Below are positions 30,270 through 40,018 of a stretch of DNA of 64,000 nucleotides, one piece after another. Location of the stretch: NCBI GenBank assembly GCA_034176765.1, contig JAXFTN010000131.1, positions 942 through 64,941 of the forward strand, written 5' to 3'. Below the pieces are notes generated by a model. The model ran no database searches and was not told where the DNA came from. It worked only from the letters and a program-made list of their open reading frames with translations. Made by a program: the position numbers and the translations under genes. Each line of letters begins with the position of its first letter. The stretch's first letter is position 1. Source of the DNA: Bacilli bacterium (GTDB lineage Bacteria; Bacillota_I; Bacilli_A; RFN20; CAG-826).

Positions 30270-31178
30270 ATGAAGAAAAAGTTATCATTGCTTGGATTAG
30301 CAACTTTTGTTTTATTCTCACAAACAGGTTGTTCACTTAAAGATGAGATTGAAATGAAGGAGAAAATTTACGCAATTGAAGGTGATTCTAATTATGGTAT
30401 CATCACTAAATATACTTATACTTGTAATACATATCGTTACGACTTTGAGATTTCTTTAGAAAAGCAACTAAAACAAAAAGGTGTACCTTTAAATGAGATG
30501 GTTGAAAGAAATATTTCTTATAAATATGGACTAAATAGAAGGATGTTTTATACATGTCAATATTCAGAATCTAGTTATGTTGTTGGTTATTATGACTTAA
30601 TTCCAGACGGCGATATTGTTTTTCATTATGTTAATGAACCTGCTTATGATCTTTATGTATACCAAGTAAATTCTAATTACGCTATTTATATTGCATATCA
30701 AGGTGTAATTAATGAAAGCACAGAATTCTATATTTTAAATAGAACCACTGGTGAATTTTATATGGATAATGATTATGAAAAGTATATTGATGAAAATAAT
30801 CAAAATAAAGATGTAGGTAGCTATTTTAAATATACTGAAAATGGTATTAATTACAATTTATTAACTAATAAAGATGGAGCACACATTACTTCTGAAACTG
30901 GAGATTTTAAATTATCTATTGATTATAACTATATTTTAGATAGAAGTGAAAAATTACAAGAAATAGATAGTATTGTAGGTAAAAAGAAGAAAAAAATCTT
31001 GTATAACTTTTATGCATACAACGATGAACTCTATATTTATATTCAATCAAAAAGTAGTATGTTTGGAAGAGGATGGTTATGTCCTGTATATTTTAAATAT
31101 AATATTGAGCATGATGAGTTCTCATATATTGGTGCATCAGATTTTTATGTATTTTCTTTTATTGAAAAATATGCCTAG
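30270..31178 (+). CDS. Hypothetical lipoprotein
   Basis: Signal peptide with lipobox FSQTGCS. Tyr/Asn-rich mature part. Confidence 0.5.
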   Translation: MKKKLSLLGLATFVLFSQTGCSLKDEIEMKEKIYAIEGDSNYGIITKYTYTCNTYRYDFEISLEKQLKQKGVPLNEMVERNISYKYGLNRRMFYTCQYSESSYVVGYYDLIPDGDIVFHYVNEPAYDLYVYQVNSNYAIYIAYQGVINESTEFYILNRTTGEFYMDNDYEKYIDENNQNKDVGSYFKYTENGINYNLLTNKDGAHITSETGDFKLSIDYNYILDRSEKLQEIDSIVGKKKKKILYNFYAYNDELYIYIQSKSSMFGRGWLCPVYFKYNIEHDEFSYIGASDFYVFSFIEKYA

Positions 31179-31186
31179 TAAATAAA

Positions 31187-31216
31187 ATGTTACATATTAT
31201 TTGTAACATTTTTTTA
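31187..31216 (+). terminator. Rho-independent terminator
   Basis: Hairpin ATGTTACATATTATTTGTAACAT followed by a T7 run. Confidence 0.6.
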
Positions 31217-31317
31217 TTATCTTAAAAATTGAATATTACATTTGTATTTATTTTTAAAAAGGCATACAATAATGTCGCACGATAGTTATATTAGATAACG
31301 TCGTAGCAGGAGGTTTT

Positions 31318-32085
31318 ATGGTTATTACTATTGATATGGGAAATACCAATATCTTTCTTGGTGTTTACGAAGATGGAACTCTTGTCCATACTTTTAGAAC
31401 TCTAACTGATCGTAGTAAGAGTTATGATGAATATCTCCAATTATTTAGGGATTTCATTAAATCGAAAGAACTTAATAACCACTTTGAGGGAGCAATACTT
31501 TGTTCAGTTGTCCCTTCATTAACGGTGGTAGTTTCTAAGGCTATAAGAGATGCTTTTATAACGGAAGTAAAAATTGTTGGCCCTGGAATGAAAACAGGAT
31601 TACAAGTTAAAACGAATAATCCTTGTGAAGTTGGAACGGATTTAATTTCTGTTTCTGTTGGAGCATTAGCTAAATATGGTAAACCATGTTTAATTGCTGA
31701 TTTAGGTACAGCTTCTAAAATTTTACTTGTTGATAAAGAAGGATGTTTTAGTGGTGTAGTTGTCATGCCAGGAATTATGATTTCGGCAAAAGCTTTAGCA
31801 AATAATGCAGCTCAACTTAGTGAAACATCATTAGAAGTTCCACCAACTGTATTAGGTCGTAATACTGTTGATGCAATGAATTCTGGATCAATTTATGGAA
31901 CAGTTGCACAAATAAAAGGTTTGTGTGAAATGATAGAAAAAGAAATCGGATATAATTGTCAAAAGATTTTAACAGGTGGATATGCCCCACTTATTAAAAC
32001 TTTTTTAGGTGACTTCCAATATGATAGAAACCTTATTTTAGATGGTTTATATAAATTATATGAGAAAAACAGAAAGGAAAAATAA
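31318..32085 (+). CDS. coaX: Type III pantothenate kinase
   Basis: ITIDMGNTNI at the N-terminus and the GTD...GTA ASKHA-fold motifs are present. Length is 255 aa. Confidence 0.85.
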   Translation: MVITIDMGNTNIFLGVYEDGTLVHTFRTLTDRSKSYDEYLQLFRDFIKSKELNNHFEGAILCSVVPSLTVVVSKAIRDAFITEVKIVGPGMKTGLQVKTNNPCEVGTDLISVSVGALAKYGKPCLIADLGTASKILLVDKEGCFSGVVVMPGIMISAKALANNAAQLSETSLEVPPTVLGRNTVDAMNSGSIYGTVAQIKGLCEMIEKEIGYNCQKILTGGYAPLIKTFLGDFQYDRNLILDGLYKLYEKNRKEK

Positions 32086-32116
32086 TTTATTTTAAATAAA
32101 TTTAAATAATAATAAT

Positions 32117-32761
32117 ATGAAAAATAATAGAAGAATTAGACAAATTACAGGAATAGCTTTGCTATCTGCATTAGCTATTGCTTTACAATTCTTATCAAAT
32201 TTTATTGCATCAATTGGTATTGCTAGTATTACGTTAGCATTAATACCAATTGTTGTTGCGGCTTGTGTGTATGGACCTTATGCTGGCTTATTAATAGGTG
32301 TTCTAGTTGGGGCATCTGTTTTGCCTGGAGCAGTATTTTTCTTAAGTTTTAGTCCAGTAGTTACAGTTTTTGTTTGTTTACTTAAGACGGGTTTAGCTGG
32401 ATTGTTAGCAGGATTTATTTTCAAATGGCTATGCAATAAAAATACATTATTAGCAGTTATTATAGCTTCTATTTCTGTTCCGCTTGTTAATACTGGTTTA
32501 TACTTAATAGCAGTTTATGTTTTCTATATTCCAGCTTTTGAAGCAGTACTCGAAGAAGGTACTAATGTATACACATATGTACTTGTTGCGACATTGTCAA
32601 TTAATTTCTTATTAGAATTCTTATTAAACTCATGCCTATCACCAGTTATTCATCGTTTAATTTTATTATTAAATAAGAAATATGATATTGGGATGATTAA
32701 CTATAATAAAAAAGATAATGAAGTAGAAGATAATAATAATGATAATAAATCTATAGACTAA
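32117..32761 (+). CDS. ECF-transporter S-component-like membrane protein (substrate unknown; adjacent to coaX)
   Basis: About 6 helices and ~200 aa. Gly/Ala-rich helix packing typical of S components. Followed by a terminator. Confidence 0.4.
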   Translation: MKNNRRIRQITGIALLSALAIALQFLSNFIASIGIASITLALIPIVVAACVYGPYAGLLIGVLVGASVLPGAVFFLSFSPVVTVFVCLLKTGLAGLLAGFIFKWLCNKNTLLAVIIASISVPLVNTGLYLIAVYVFYIPAFEAVLEEGTNVYTYVLVATLSINFLLEFLLNSCLSPVIHRLILLLNKKYDIGMINYNKKDNEVEDNNNDNKSID

Positions 32762-32865
32762 ATATGAGTGCTCATATATGAATATAATTCATATATGATG
32801 CACTTATTCTTTTTTAATATAAAAAATAGTGATATAATAATATGTTGATTAAAGGAGGAATTTTT

Positions 32866-34221
32866 ATGGATTACAATCAAATTGTAAGAGAATATTATGA
32901 TGAGGCTATTTCAAAATTGAAAGAATGGATTCAAATAGATTCTGTTTACGATCAACAAACAGTAACTGTAGAACATCCTTTTGGTGAAGGAGTGCATCAA
33001 GCACTTGAATTTATTGCATCATTAGCTGAAAAAAAAGGCTTTGAAGTTGATAGATGTGATGGCTATTGTACTGAAATTGCTTATGGAACAGGTCCTAAAT
33101 TAATTGGTATATTTGCTCATGCTGATGTTGTTCCTGTATCTGGAGAATGGAAGCACGCACCTTTTGGTGGTGAAATTGTCGACGATACAATGTTTGGAAG
33201 AGGAACTAGTGATGATAAAGGACCTGCAATGGCTGCTTTTTATGCATTATGTGCTTTAAAAGATGCTGGATTAATTAGAGGATACCGTGTTACTTTAGTA
33301 ATTGGTGGTAATGAAGAAAGTGGGTCAGCATGTTTAGAACATTATTATAATGTAATGTTAAAAAAGTACCCAGATTATGGATTTACTCCAGATGGTGAGT
33401 TCCCTTTAATTTATGGAGAAAAAGGCATTGTTAATTATAAAGTTACTGGTGTTAGTGATTTATATCCTATTTTAAGGCTCCATGGTGGGGTTGTTGCTAA
33501 TTCAGTAATAGATAAAGCTGAAGCAATTCTTGTTAGAGATGATAGTATTGAAGAAGATTTAGCAAAAACAAATTATGATTATGTGGTAGAACATGATGAT
33601 AATAATACATTTGTTAAATTTTTTGGTAAAGCAGCTCACGGTTCTACTCCTCAATTAGGAGTCAATGCAGGGCTTCAATTATTAGATTTTTTAGGTCAAA
33701 AATATGATTTTGAAGAATTAAAGCAACTTGCATATGCTTATAAAGATCCTAGTGGTAAAAATATGGATGAAAAATATTCATCAAAGGAACTTCATGAGAC
33801 AACATATAATGTTGGGTTAATCAATTATGATAATATGAAATTTGAAATGGTGGTTAATTTCAGATATCCTGAAAATGTTCAAGTACATCCATTAATTACA
33901 AGAATTGACAGTAAGACACCATTTAAATCTGAAATAATAGGTGAACCTTCTGCACCTTTATTATTTGATCCTGAATGCAAGATGGTAAAAGCACTAGAAG
34001 AAGTATATATCAAAGAAACAGGTGACACTGTTAATAAGAAAATGACAATTGGTGGAGGAACTTATGCAAAAGAAACAAAGAATACTATTGCATTTGGTTC
34101 TGCTTTCCCTGGAGTAGATTGTCGTATTCACAATAGTGACGAATTTATTTTATTAGAACATTTTAGAAAGAGTATGGCTATTTACGCACATGCGATAATG
34201 GCACTTGGTATTGAAATATGA
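32866..34221 (+). CDS. pepV: M20-family dipeptidase (PepV-like)
   Basis: RBS AAAGGAGGAA is present. HADVVPVSGEW, TSDDKGP and GGNEESGS metal-site motifs are present. Confidence 0.8.
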   Translation: MDYNQIVREYYDEAISKLKEWIQIDSVYDQQTVTVEHPFGEGVHQALEFIASLAEKKGFEVDRCDGYCTEIAYGTGPKLIGIFAHADVVPVSGEWKHAPFGGEIVDDTMFGRGTSDDKGPAMAAFYALCALKDAGLIRGYRVTLVIGGNEESGSACLEHYYNVMLKKYPDYGFTPDGEFPLIYGEKGIVNYKVTGVSDLYPILRLHGGVVANSVIDKAEAILVRDDSIEEDLAKTNYDYVVEHDDNNTFVKFFGKAAHGSTPQLGVNAGLQLLDFLGQKYDFEELKQLAYAYKDPSGKNMDEKYSSKELHETTYNVGLINYDNMKFEMVVNFRYPENVQVHPLITRIDSKTPFKSEIIGEPSAPLLFDPECKMVKALEEVYIKETGDTVNKKMTIGGGTYAKETKNTIAFGSAFPGVDCRIHNSDEFILLEHFRKSMAIYAHAIMALGIEI

Positions 34222-34865
34222 GAATGAAGCATAAACCCTGGGCTGAACCTTTTTTAGAAAGCCATAAAGAATTTGTAATAACTCTAGATAATTTTAATGA
34301 TAAAGAAGTTATTGAATTCTTAAATAACGAGAATATATATATGGAAATAGGAACTGGAAAAGGTGGGTTCTTATTAGGAATGGCTAAAAAGAATCCTGAT
34401 AAATTTTATTTAGGTGTTGAAATTAATGAAACAGCTGCGGGATTTTGTGCTAAAAAAATTTATGAAAATGAACTTAAAAATGTAAAGCTCATTAATATTG
34501 ATGTTAAATATTTATTTGATCATTTACCTCAAAATCATTTTGATGGTATTTATTTAAATTTTTCTGATCCATGGCCAAAAAGAAGACACGAAAAAAGAAG
34601 ACTTACACACCCTTCTTATTTAAATGGATATCATAAAATTTTAAAGGATAAAGGTTTAATTATTCAAAAAACAGACAATAAAGAATTATTCGATTATTCT
34701 TTAGAAAAGTTTGATGAAAATGGATGGAATATTACATCTGTTGATTATAATTACAAGTTATTAGATGATGATGTCTCGACTGAATATGAAATTAAATTTA
34801 GAGAAAAGGGCACTTTAATTAATAGAGCTATTATTGAAAAAGGAGATGACCATAATGGGAATTAG
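34218..34865 (+). CDS. trmB: tRNA (guanine46-N7)-methyltransferase
   Basis: YMEIGTGKGGF SAM motif and DPWPK motif are present. ATGA overlap with pepV. Confidence 0.85.
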   Translation: MRMKHKPWAEPFLESHKEFVITLDNFNDKEVIEFLNNENIYMEIGTGKGGFLLGMAKKNPDKFYLGVEINETAAGFCAKKIYENELKNVKLINIDVKYLFDHLPQNHFDGIYLNFSDPWPKRRHEKRRLTHPSYLNGYHKILKDKGLIIQKTDNKELFDYSLEKFDENGWNITSVDYNYKLLDDDVSTEYEIKFREKGTLINRAIIEKGDDHNGN

Positions 34866-35937
34866 TAATCATTCATTAGAATTATTAAAAACATTAACAC
34901 AATTAAACGGTATTTCAGGACATGAAAGTGAAGTACGTAATTATTTAAAAGAAACATATACATCTTTAGGTTATGAAACAATTAAAGATAATCTTGGTTC
35001 AATATTTGCAATTAAGAAATGTGGTAAGGCAAATGCAAAAAAAGTATTAGTTGTTTCTCATATGGATGAAGTTGGATTCATGGTTACAGGAATCACATCT
35101 AATGGTATGATTAAAGCTACTGCTGTTGGTGGTTTAAATGATCAAACATTATTGTCATCTAGAGTTTTATTAAAAGGTGAAAAAGGTTATCTTTATGGAA
35201 CTATTGGAAGTGTACCACCTCATCTAATGTCATCAGCTGATAGAGAAAAACCTACCCCACTATCTTCAATGTTATTTGACTTTGGCTTTACTTCTAAAGA
35301 AGACGCTTTAGAAGCTGGTGCTTATATTGGAGCAATGATGGTTTTAGAAGGTAAATTCGAAGTTTTAAATAATGGTAAAAGATTATTAGCAAAAGCTTTT
35401 GATGATCGTCTTGGTTTAGCTGTAGGAATTGAACTTTTAGAACAATTAAAAGAACAAGAATTAGATTATGATTTATATATTGGTGGATCTGTTCAAGAAG
35501 AAGTTGGATGTCGTGGTGCATTAACATCTTCTACATTAGTAAAACCAGATTTGACAATTGTTATTGATTGTTCTCCTTCAAGAGATTCTTCAGGAAATAA
35601 AGAAGAATTAGGTCAACTAGGAGAAGGTGTTTTATTAAGAGTAATAGATGGAAGCATGATTGCTTTCCCTAAATTAATAAAGTATCAAAAAGAGCAAGCA
35701 GCAGAATGTGGAGTAAAGGTTCAATATTTTACTTCTCCTGGTGGAACTGATGCTGGTGCTATTCATAAAAATTATGATGGTATATTAACATTTACTCAAT
35801 GTCTTTGTGCTAGATCTATTCATACTTGCTCTACCATTTTGGATAGTGATGATTATGTCTCTTGTTTAAATTTAACTTTACATATGCTTAAAACATTAAC
35901 AAGTGCAAAGATTATAAGCTTACAAGAGGAAGATTAA
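34855..35937 (+). CDS. M42-family aminopeptidase (glutamyl aminopeptidase / cellulase-like)
   Basis: VVSHMDEVGFMVTGI and the DDRLG...EEVGCRGA metal motifs are present. RBS AAAGGAG precedes the ATG at 34855. Confidence 0.8.
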   Translation: MGISNHSLELLKTLTQLNGISGHESEVRNYLKETYTSLGYETIKDNLGSIFAIKKCGKANAKKVLVVSHMDEVGFMVTGITSNGMIKATAVGGLNDQTLLSSRVLLKGEKGYLYGTIGSVPPHLMSSADREKPTPLSSMLFDFGFTSKEDALEAGAYIGAMMVLEGKFEVLNNGKRLLAKAFDDRLGLAVGIELLEQLKEQELDYDLYIGGSVQEEVGCRGALTSSTLVKPDLTIVIDCSPSRDSSGNKEELGQLGEGVLLRVIDGSMIAFPKLIKYQKEQAAECGVKVQYFTSPGGTDAGAIHKNYDGILTFTQCLCARSIHTCSTILDSDDYVSCLNLTLHMLKTLTSAKIISLQEED

Positions 35938-35938
35938 T

Positions 35939-36550
35939 ATGAATAAGTATTCGATGTTTTATAATTACCATATTATTGGTGATATCTTGATGATTGTATT
36001 TAATCATAAAGAAAAACCTACTCATTATACTAAAAAAGATGATGTTGTCGGTATTTATCATAATGAAGAATTAATAGGTATTAATATTTTTGATTTTTCA
36101 AATATTTGTAAAATTAAATCAGAAGGTTTAATTATTTTGCCACCTAAAGAATTAATTGATGCTATTAACTCAAAATTATTAAATGCTGGTTTTGAAAAAT
36201 TAGAATATATTAATGAATCAGGTTTTAAAATTGGTAAAGTATTAACATGTGAAGAACATCCTGATAGTGATCATTTACATGTTTTAACAGTTGATATCGG
36301 AAATGAAATTTTAGATATTGTATGTGGTGCACCTAACGTTGAAGAAGGACAAAAGGTAGTAGTTGCTACTCCATATACAACAATGTTTGATGGAAGTGAA
36401 ATAATTCCTTCTGAATTAAGGGGAATAAAAAGTAATGGTATGTTATGTTCTCCTAGAGAACTACATTTAGAAAACGCTCCTGCAAAAAGAGGAATTCTTG
36501 TTTTAGAAGATGACGCTGAAGTTGGAAGTGATTTCTTTTTAAGAGGATAA
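35939..36550 (+). CDS. ytpR: YtpR-type tRNA-binding protein (C-terminal Trbp111/CsaA-like tRNA-binding domain)
   Basis: GKVLTCEEHPDSDHLHVLTVDIGNEILDIVCGAPN is the tRNA_bind OB-fold signature. Confidence 0.7.
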   Translation: MNKYSMFYNYHIIGDILMIVFNHKEKPTHYTKKDDVVGIYHNEELIGINIFDFSNICKIKSEGLIILPPKELIDAINSKLLNAGFEKLEYINESGFKIGKVLTCEEHPDSDHLHVLTVDIGNEILDIVCGAPNVEEGQKVVVATPYTTMFDGSEIIPSELRGIKSNGMLCSPRELHLENAPAKRGILVLEDDAEVGSDFFLRG

Positions 36551-36554
36551 AATT

Positions 36555-37652
36555 ATGGTAAATGAAGTTGAATTAAAAAAAGAAGGTAAAATATCTCGTT
36601 TAACAAATAAAACTTTTAATTTTCCAAAAGAACTAAAAGAAGGCTTTTATTCTGCTAATTATTTTTTAAAGACTAGAGAAATAGTAAAAAAACATCTTGC
36701 GAATAATAAAGTGACGATGCAATTTTTCCAAAGAGCTGATGATGTAATGGTTTGTGGACTTGATGAAGTAATTGCTATGCTTCATACTTGTGCAGAAAAT
36801 CCTCAAGATTTAGAAATATTTGCTTTAAATGATGGAGACCTTATTTCTAATGGTGAACCAGTTTTAAAAATTACTGGTAGATACGAAGATTTTGGATTTC
36901 TTGAATCAGCAATTGATGGAATTTTGGCTCGTCGCAGTAGTGTTGCAACAAATACTATGCGTGTTATGAGAGTCACAAATGGTAAACGTGTTTTAAATAT
37001 GGGAGATCGTCAAGATGATTTTAGAACTCAAATTGGTGATGGTTATGCTTCATATGTTGCTGGTTTAAGTGTTGTTTCTACTGATGCTCAAGCTTATTGG
37101 TATGGTGGAAAAGGTGGAGGAACAATGCCTCACGCTTTAATTCAAATGTGTGATGGAGATATATGTAAAGCAGCTGATATTTATTTAGACACATTCCCTG
37201 ATAGAAAAGTAACAGCTTTAATTGATTATCATAACAATGTTGTTTATGATTCCGTTATGCTAGCTAAACATATGAAGGGTATGTTACAAGCTGTTCGTGT
37301 TGATACATCAAAATCATTAATTGATCATTATTTTGATGATAAAGACACAAGTGGCTTTGATCCTCATGGAGTATGTAAAGAATTGATTTTTGCACTTCGT
37401 GAAGAATTAGATAAAGCTGGCTTTAAAGATGTTCAAATTATTGTTTCATCTGGCTTTACTTGGGAGAAAATTAAAGAGTGGGAAGATTTAAATGTTCCTG
37501 TTGATGTTTATGGAGTAGGAAGTTCTTTACTTCCTGTAACTGTAGGATTTACTGGAGACCTTGTTAATTTAAACGGCAAACCTCAAGCTAAAGAAGGTCG
37601 CGAAGAGATTCCTTCTAATAGATTAAAGAAAGTTAATTTTCCTATTTATTAA
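36555..37652 (+). CDS. Nicotinate/quinolinate phosphoribosyltransferase-superfamily protein (short NAPRTase-like)
   Basis: Family-level resemblance only. No decisive motif recognised. Confidence 0.45.
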   Translation: MVNEVELKKEGKISRLTNKTFNFPKELKEGFYSANYFLKTREIVKKHLANNKVTMQFFQRADDVMVCGLDEVIAMLHTCAENPQDLEIFALNDGDLISNGEPVLKITGRYEDFGFLESAIDGILARRSSVATNTMRVMRVTNGKRVLNMGDRQDDFRTQIGDGYASYVAGLSVVSTDAQAYWYGGKGGGTMPHALIQMCDGDICKAADIYLDTFPDRKVTALIDYHNNVVYDSVMLAKHMKGMLQAVRVDTSKSLIDHYFDDKDTSGFDPHGVCKELIFALREELDKAGFKDVQIIVSSGFTWEKIKEWEDLNVPVDVYGVGSSLLPVTVGFTGDLVNLNGKPQAKEGREEIPSNRLKKVNFPIY

Positions 37653-37738
37653 TAAAACAAGCTTTGGCTTGTTTTTTTACTATTTGCAAAAATATTATAT
37701 TATTGTTAAAATTTAATTAAGGAATCTGGAGGTATATC

Positions 37739-38236
37739 ATGAAAGTATATTTAGAGAATAAATTTATATCTATTGGTGGTGATTCCAAAGTTTGTGATGA
37801 ACAAGGAAATCAATTATTTTTTGTTGATGGGAAAGCTTTATCTTTTACAAGTAAAAAATTAATTAAAGAAATGCCTTCCAAAAAAGTATTATACATAGTA
37901 AAAAACCGTCCTTTCTTCAATATTTTTTCTTATAAAACTCATGTATATAATGATAAACATGAAAAAATATTTACTTTAAAGATTAGTAAAATCACTTTTA
38001 AATATAAAGTTTTGAATTCTAAGCATAATATTGTTTTTGATAAAAAATTATTAAAAACTAGTGCTCCTGTTTTAATTGATAATGTAGAAGTTGGAAAAAT
38101 CAATTTGGAATTATTTTCAACTCTTTTTACAGATTGTTTTTCAATTGAAACAGAAGATCCTTCATTACTTCCACTATTAATAGCAATTGTTGTCGCATTT
38201 GATAACATTAGAGATAATCAGGCAAGAGATATATGA
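37739..38236 (+). CDS. LURP-one-related / YxjI-like (tubby C-terminal-like fold) hypothetical protein
   Basis: Size of 165 aa. N-terminus MKVY...FISIGGDSKVCDEQGNQLFFVDGKALSF is typical of the family. Confidence 0.4.
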   Translation: MKVYLENKFISIGGDSKVCDEQGNQLFFVDGKALSFTSKKLIKEMPSKKVLYIVKNRPFFNIFSYKTHVYNDKHEKIFTLKISKITFKYKVLNSKHNIVFDKKLLKTSAPVLIDNVEVGKINLELFSTLFTDCFSIETEDPSLLPLLIAIVVAFDNIRDNQARDI

Positions 38237-39036
38237 GAATTCAACCTATTTTAAACGTTTTAGTTACTGGTGCTGGTAATGGCATTGGTAAATCAGTTTG
38301 TGAATATTATTATAGTAAAGGCATAAATGTAATTGGTATAGATATTATCTTTAATGAAAAAGCACCATACCCTACATTTGTTGCAGATATTACTAACAAA
38401 GAAAGTTTACAAATTGTCAGTGACTATTTAAATAAAAATAAAATTATTTTAGATGCAATTGTAAATATTGCAGGTGTTTTTACTATCGGTTCTTTTATTG
38501 AACATGATTTTGATAAAATTAAAAAAGTAATGGATGTTAATGTTTTAGGAACGATGCTTGTTAATCAGATTATGTATAAACATCTTTCTAAAAAAGGAAG
38601 AATCATTGTTACAAGTAGTGAAGTAGCTCCTCTTGATCCAATGCCTTTTAATGGTATCTATAATGTTTCTAAGACTGCAATTGATAGTTATAGTCAATCA
38701 TTACGTCAAGAATTAAATTTATTAGGTCAAAAAGTAATAACTATTCGACCTGGAGCTGTAAAGACTAATTTAAGTGAAGGGTCATTAACTAAAACTTTGG
38801 AATTAACAAAAAATACTGTTCTTTACAAAGAACAGTCTAATAATTTTTATAAATTAGTTAAGAATTTTATGGGTACTCCAATTGCTCCTATAAAAATGGC
38901 TAAAACTTATTACAAGGCCTTAGTTAGTAAACATCCAAGATATATTTATAATAAGCATCGTAATCCAGGTTTAGTCTTATTAAGTATTTTACCAAAGAAA
39001 TGGCAATGTGCGATTGTTAAAGCATTAGTAAAATAA
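38233..39036 (+). CDS. SDR-family oxidoreductase
   Basis: VLVTGAGNGIGKS (TGxxxGxG) motif and the NISKTA catalytic Y/K region are present. Confidence 0.8.
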   Translation: MRIQPILNVLVTGAGNGIGKSVCEYYYSKGINVIGIDIIFNEKAPYPTFVADITNKESLQIVSDYLNKNKIILDAIVNIAGVFTIGSFIEHDFDKIKKVMDVNVLGTMLVNQIMYKHLSKKGRIIVTSSEVAPLDPMPFNGIYNVSKTAIDSYSQSLRQELNLLGQKVITIRPGAVKTNLSEGSLTKTLELTKNTVLYKEQSNNFYKLVKNFMGTPIAPIKMAKTYYKALVSKHPRYIYNKHRNPGLVLLSILPKKWQCAIVKALVK

Positions 39037-39041
39037 TAATT

Positions 39042-39866
39042 TTATTCTTTAGTCATTTGATTACTTGAATCAATTTTCTTTTTTGATGCAATCTTTCTTC
39101 TAATAATTTCAATTACTAAGAATATTGCATAAGGTATGAAACACATAATAAAGAAACTTATTAGAAAAACAATATAGTAAACTGGAAATGGAACATATGG
39201 CTTAACTAATGTATCAATAATAGGAAAAGTTGCTGGAGTTAATGGATGAAGATAAAAGAAGTTAACAACTGTATCACTATTAACGCTATGAGCAATAAAA
39301 TTACATGTAACAGCTATTAAAGAGAAAACTATAAATATTATAAATGAAAATGGATAATACTTTAGGTTTTCTTTTTTTCCTGCTTCAAATGATACAAAAG
39401 TAAGAGAATTTATTCCTACAAGAAGCACATGGAAAATCGCACTATAAAATGATAGAAAAACATAATCTGGTTTTAACATAGCTGTAGGATTGACAAAATA
39501 GGCAATAGAAGCTGTTAAACCAACAAATGAAAGATAACTAATAAAAGTCTTTTTAATTTTTTCATTTTTAATAAAATAAATTGGAATTAATAAATACATA
39601 GGAGTTGAGCAAAGTTGAAAAGGAATTAAAGTTAAATCTGCAACTCCAACGGCAAAAGAAAAGATAACTTTAACAACTTCTAGACCAATTAAATAAAAAC
39701 CAAATATAGTTAATAATAATTTCTTTTTCTTTTCATATTTTTCGTCTTGATAACGATATCCAAAAAATGTACTAACGGCAAAAGTAATGACAGCAATTAT
39801 TATCATTATAATATGCAATGTACCAAATTTTTCTGGTTTATTTGTCCACATAAATATCACTTCCAC
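39042..39866 (-). CDS. Hypothetical polytopic membrane protein (YwaF-like)
   Basis: 7-8 helices. No catalytic motifs. Confidence 0.4.
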   Translation of the reverse strand: MEVIFMWTNKPEKFGTLHIIMIIIAVITFAVSTFFGYRYQDEKYEKKKKLLLTIFGFYLIGLEVVKVIFSFAVGVADLTLIPFQLCSTPMYLLIPIYFIKNEKIKKTFISYLSFVGLTASIAYFVNPTAMLKPDYVFLSFYSAIFHVLLVGINSLTFVSFEAGKKENLKYYPFSFIIFIVFSLIAVTCNFIAHSVNSDTVVNFFYLHPLTPATFPIIDTLVKPYVPFPVYYIVFLISFFIMCFIPYAIFLVIEIIRRKIASKKKIDSSNQMTKE

Positions 39867-39969
39867 TTCCTAAATTTTAATGATTAAATTACATATATTT
39901 GTTAATTAAATTATGAAGAAATATTTTGTTTTAGTCAAATATTTTCTTAGCTTAATGTATTTTTGCATA

Positions 39970-40008
39970 TAAAAAAACATTGTTACAAATGAATGCAACA
40001 ATGTTTTT
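39970..40008. terminator. Bidirectional rho-independent terminator at the 3' end of the mrp operon
   Basis: Hairpin AACATTGTTGCATTCATTTGTAACAATGTT (minus-strand sense) followed by a T7 run. Confidence 0.65.
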
Positions 40009-40018
40009 AGAGTGAAAA

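Noticed and set aside
32767-32812. Near-palindrome TATGAGTGCTCATATATG...CATATATGATGCACT between the S-component gene and pepV, considered as a regulator site.
   Set aside because: It is followed by a T-run and sits at the 3' end of a gene. It is more simply read as that gene's rho-independent terminator.
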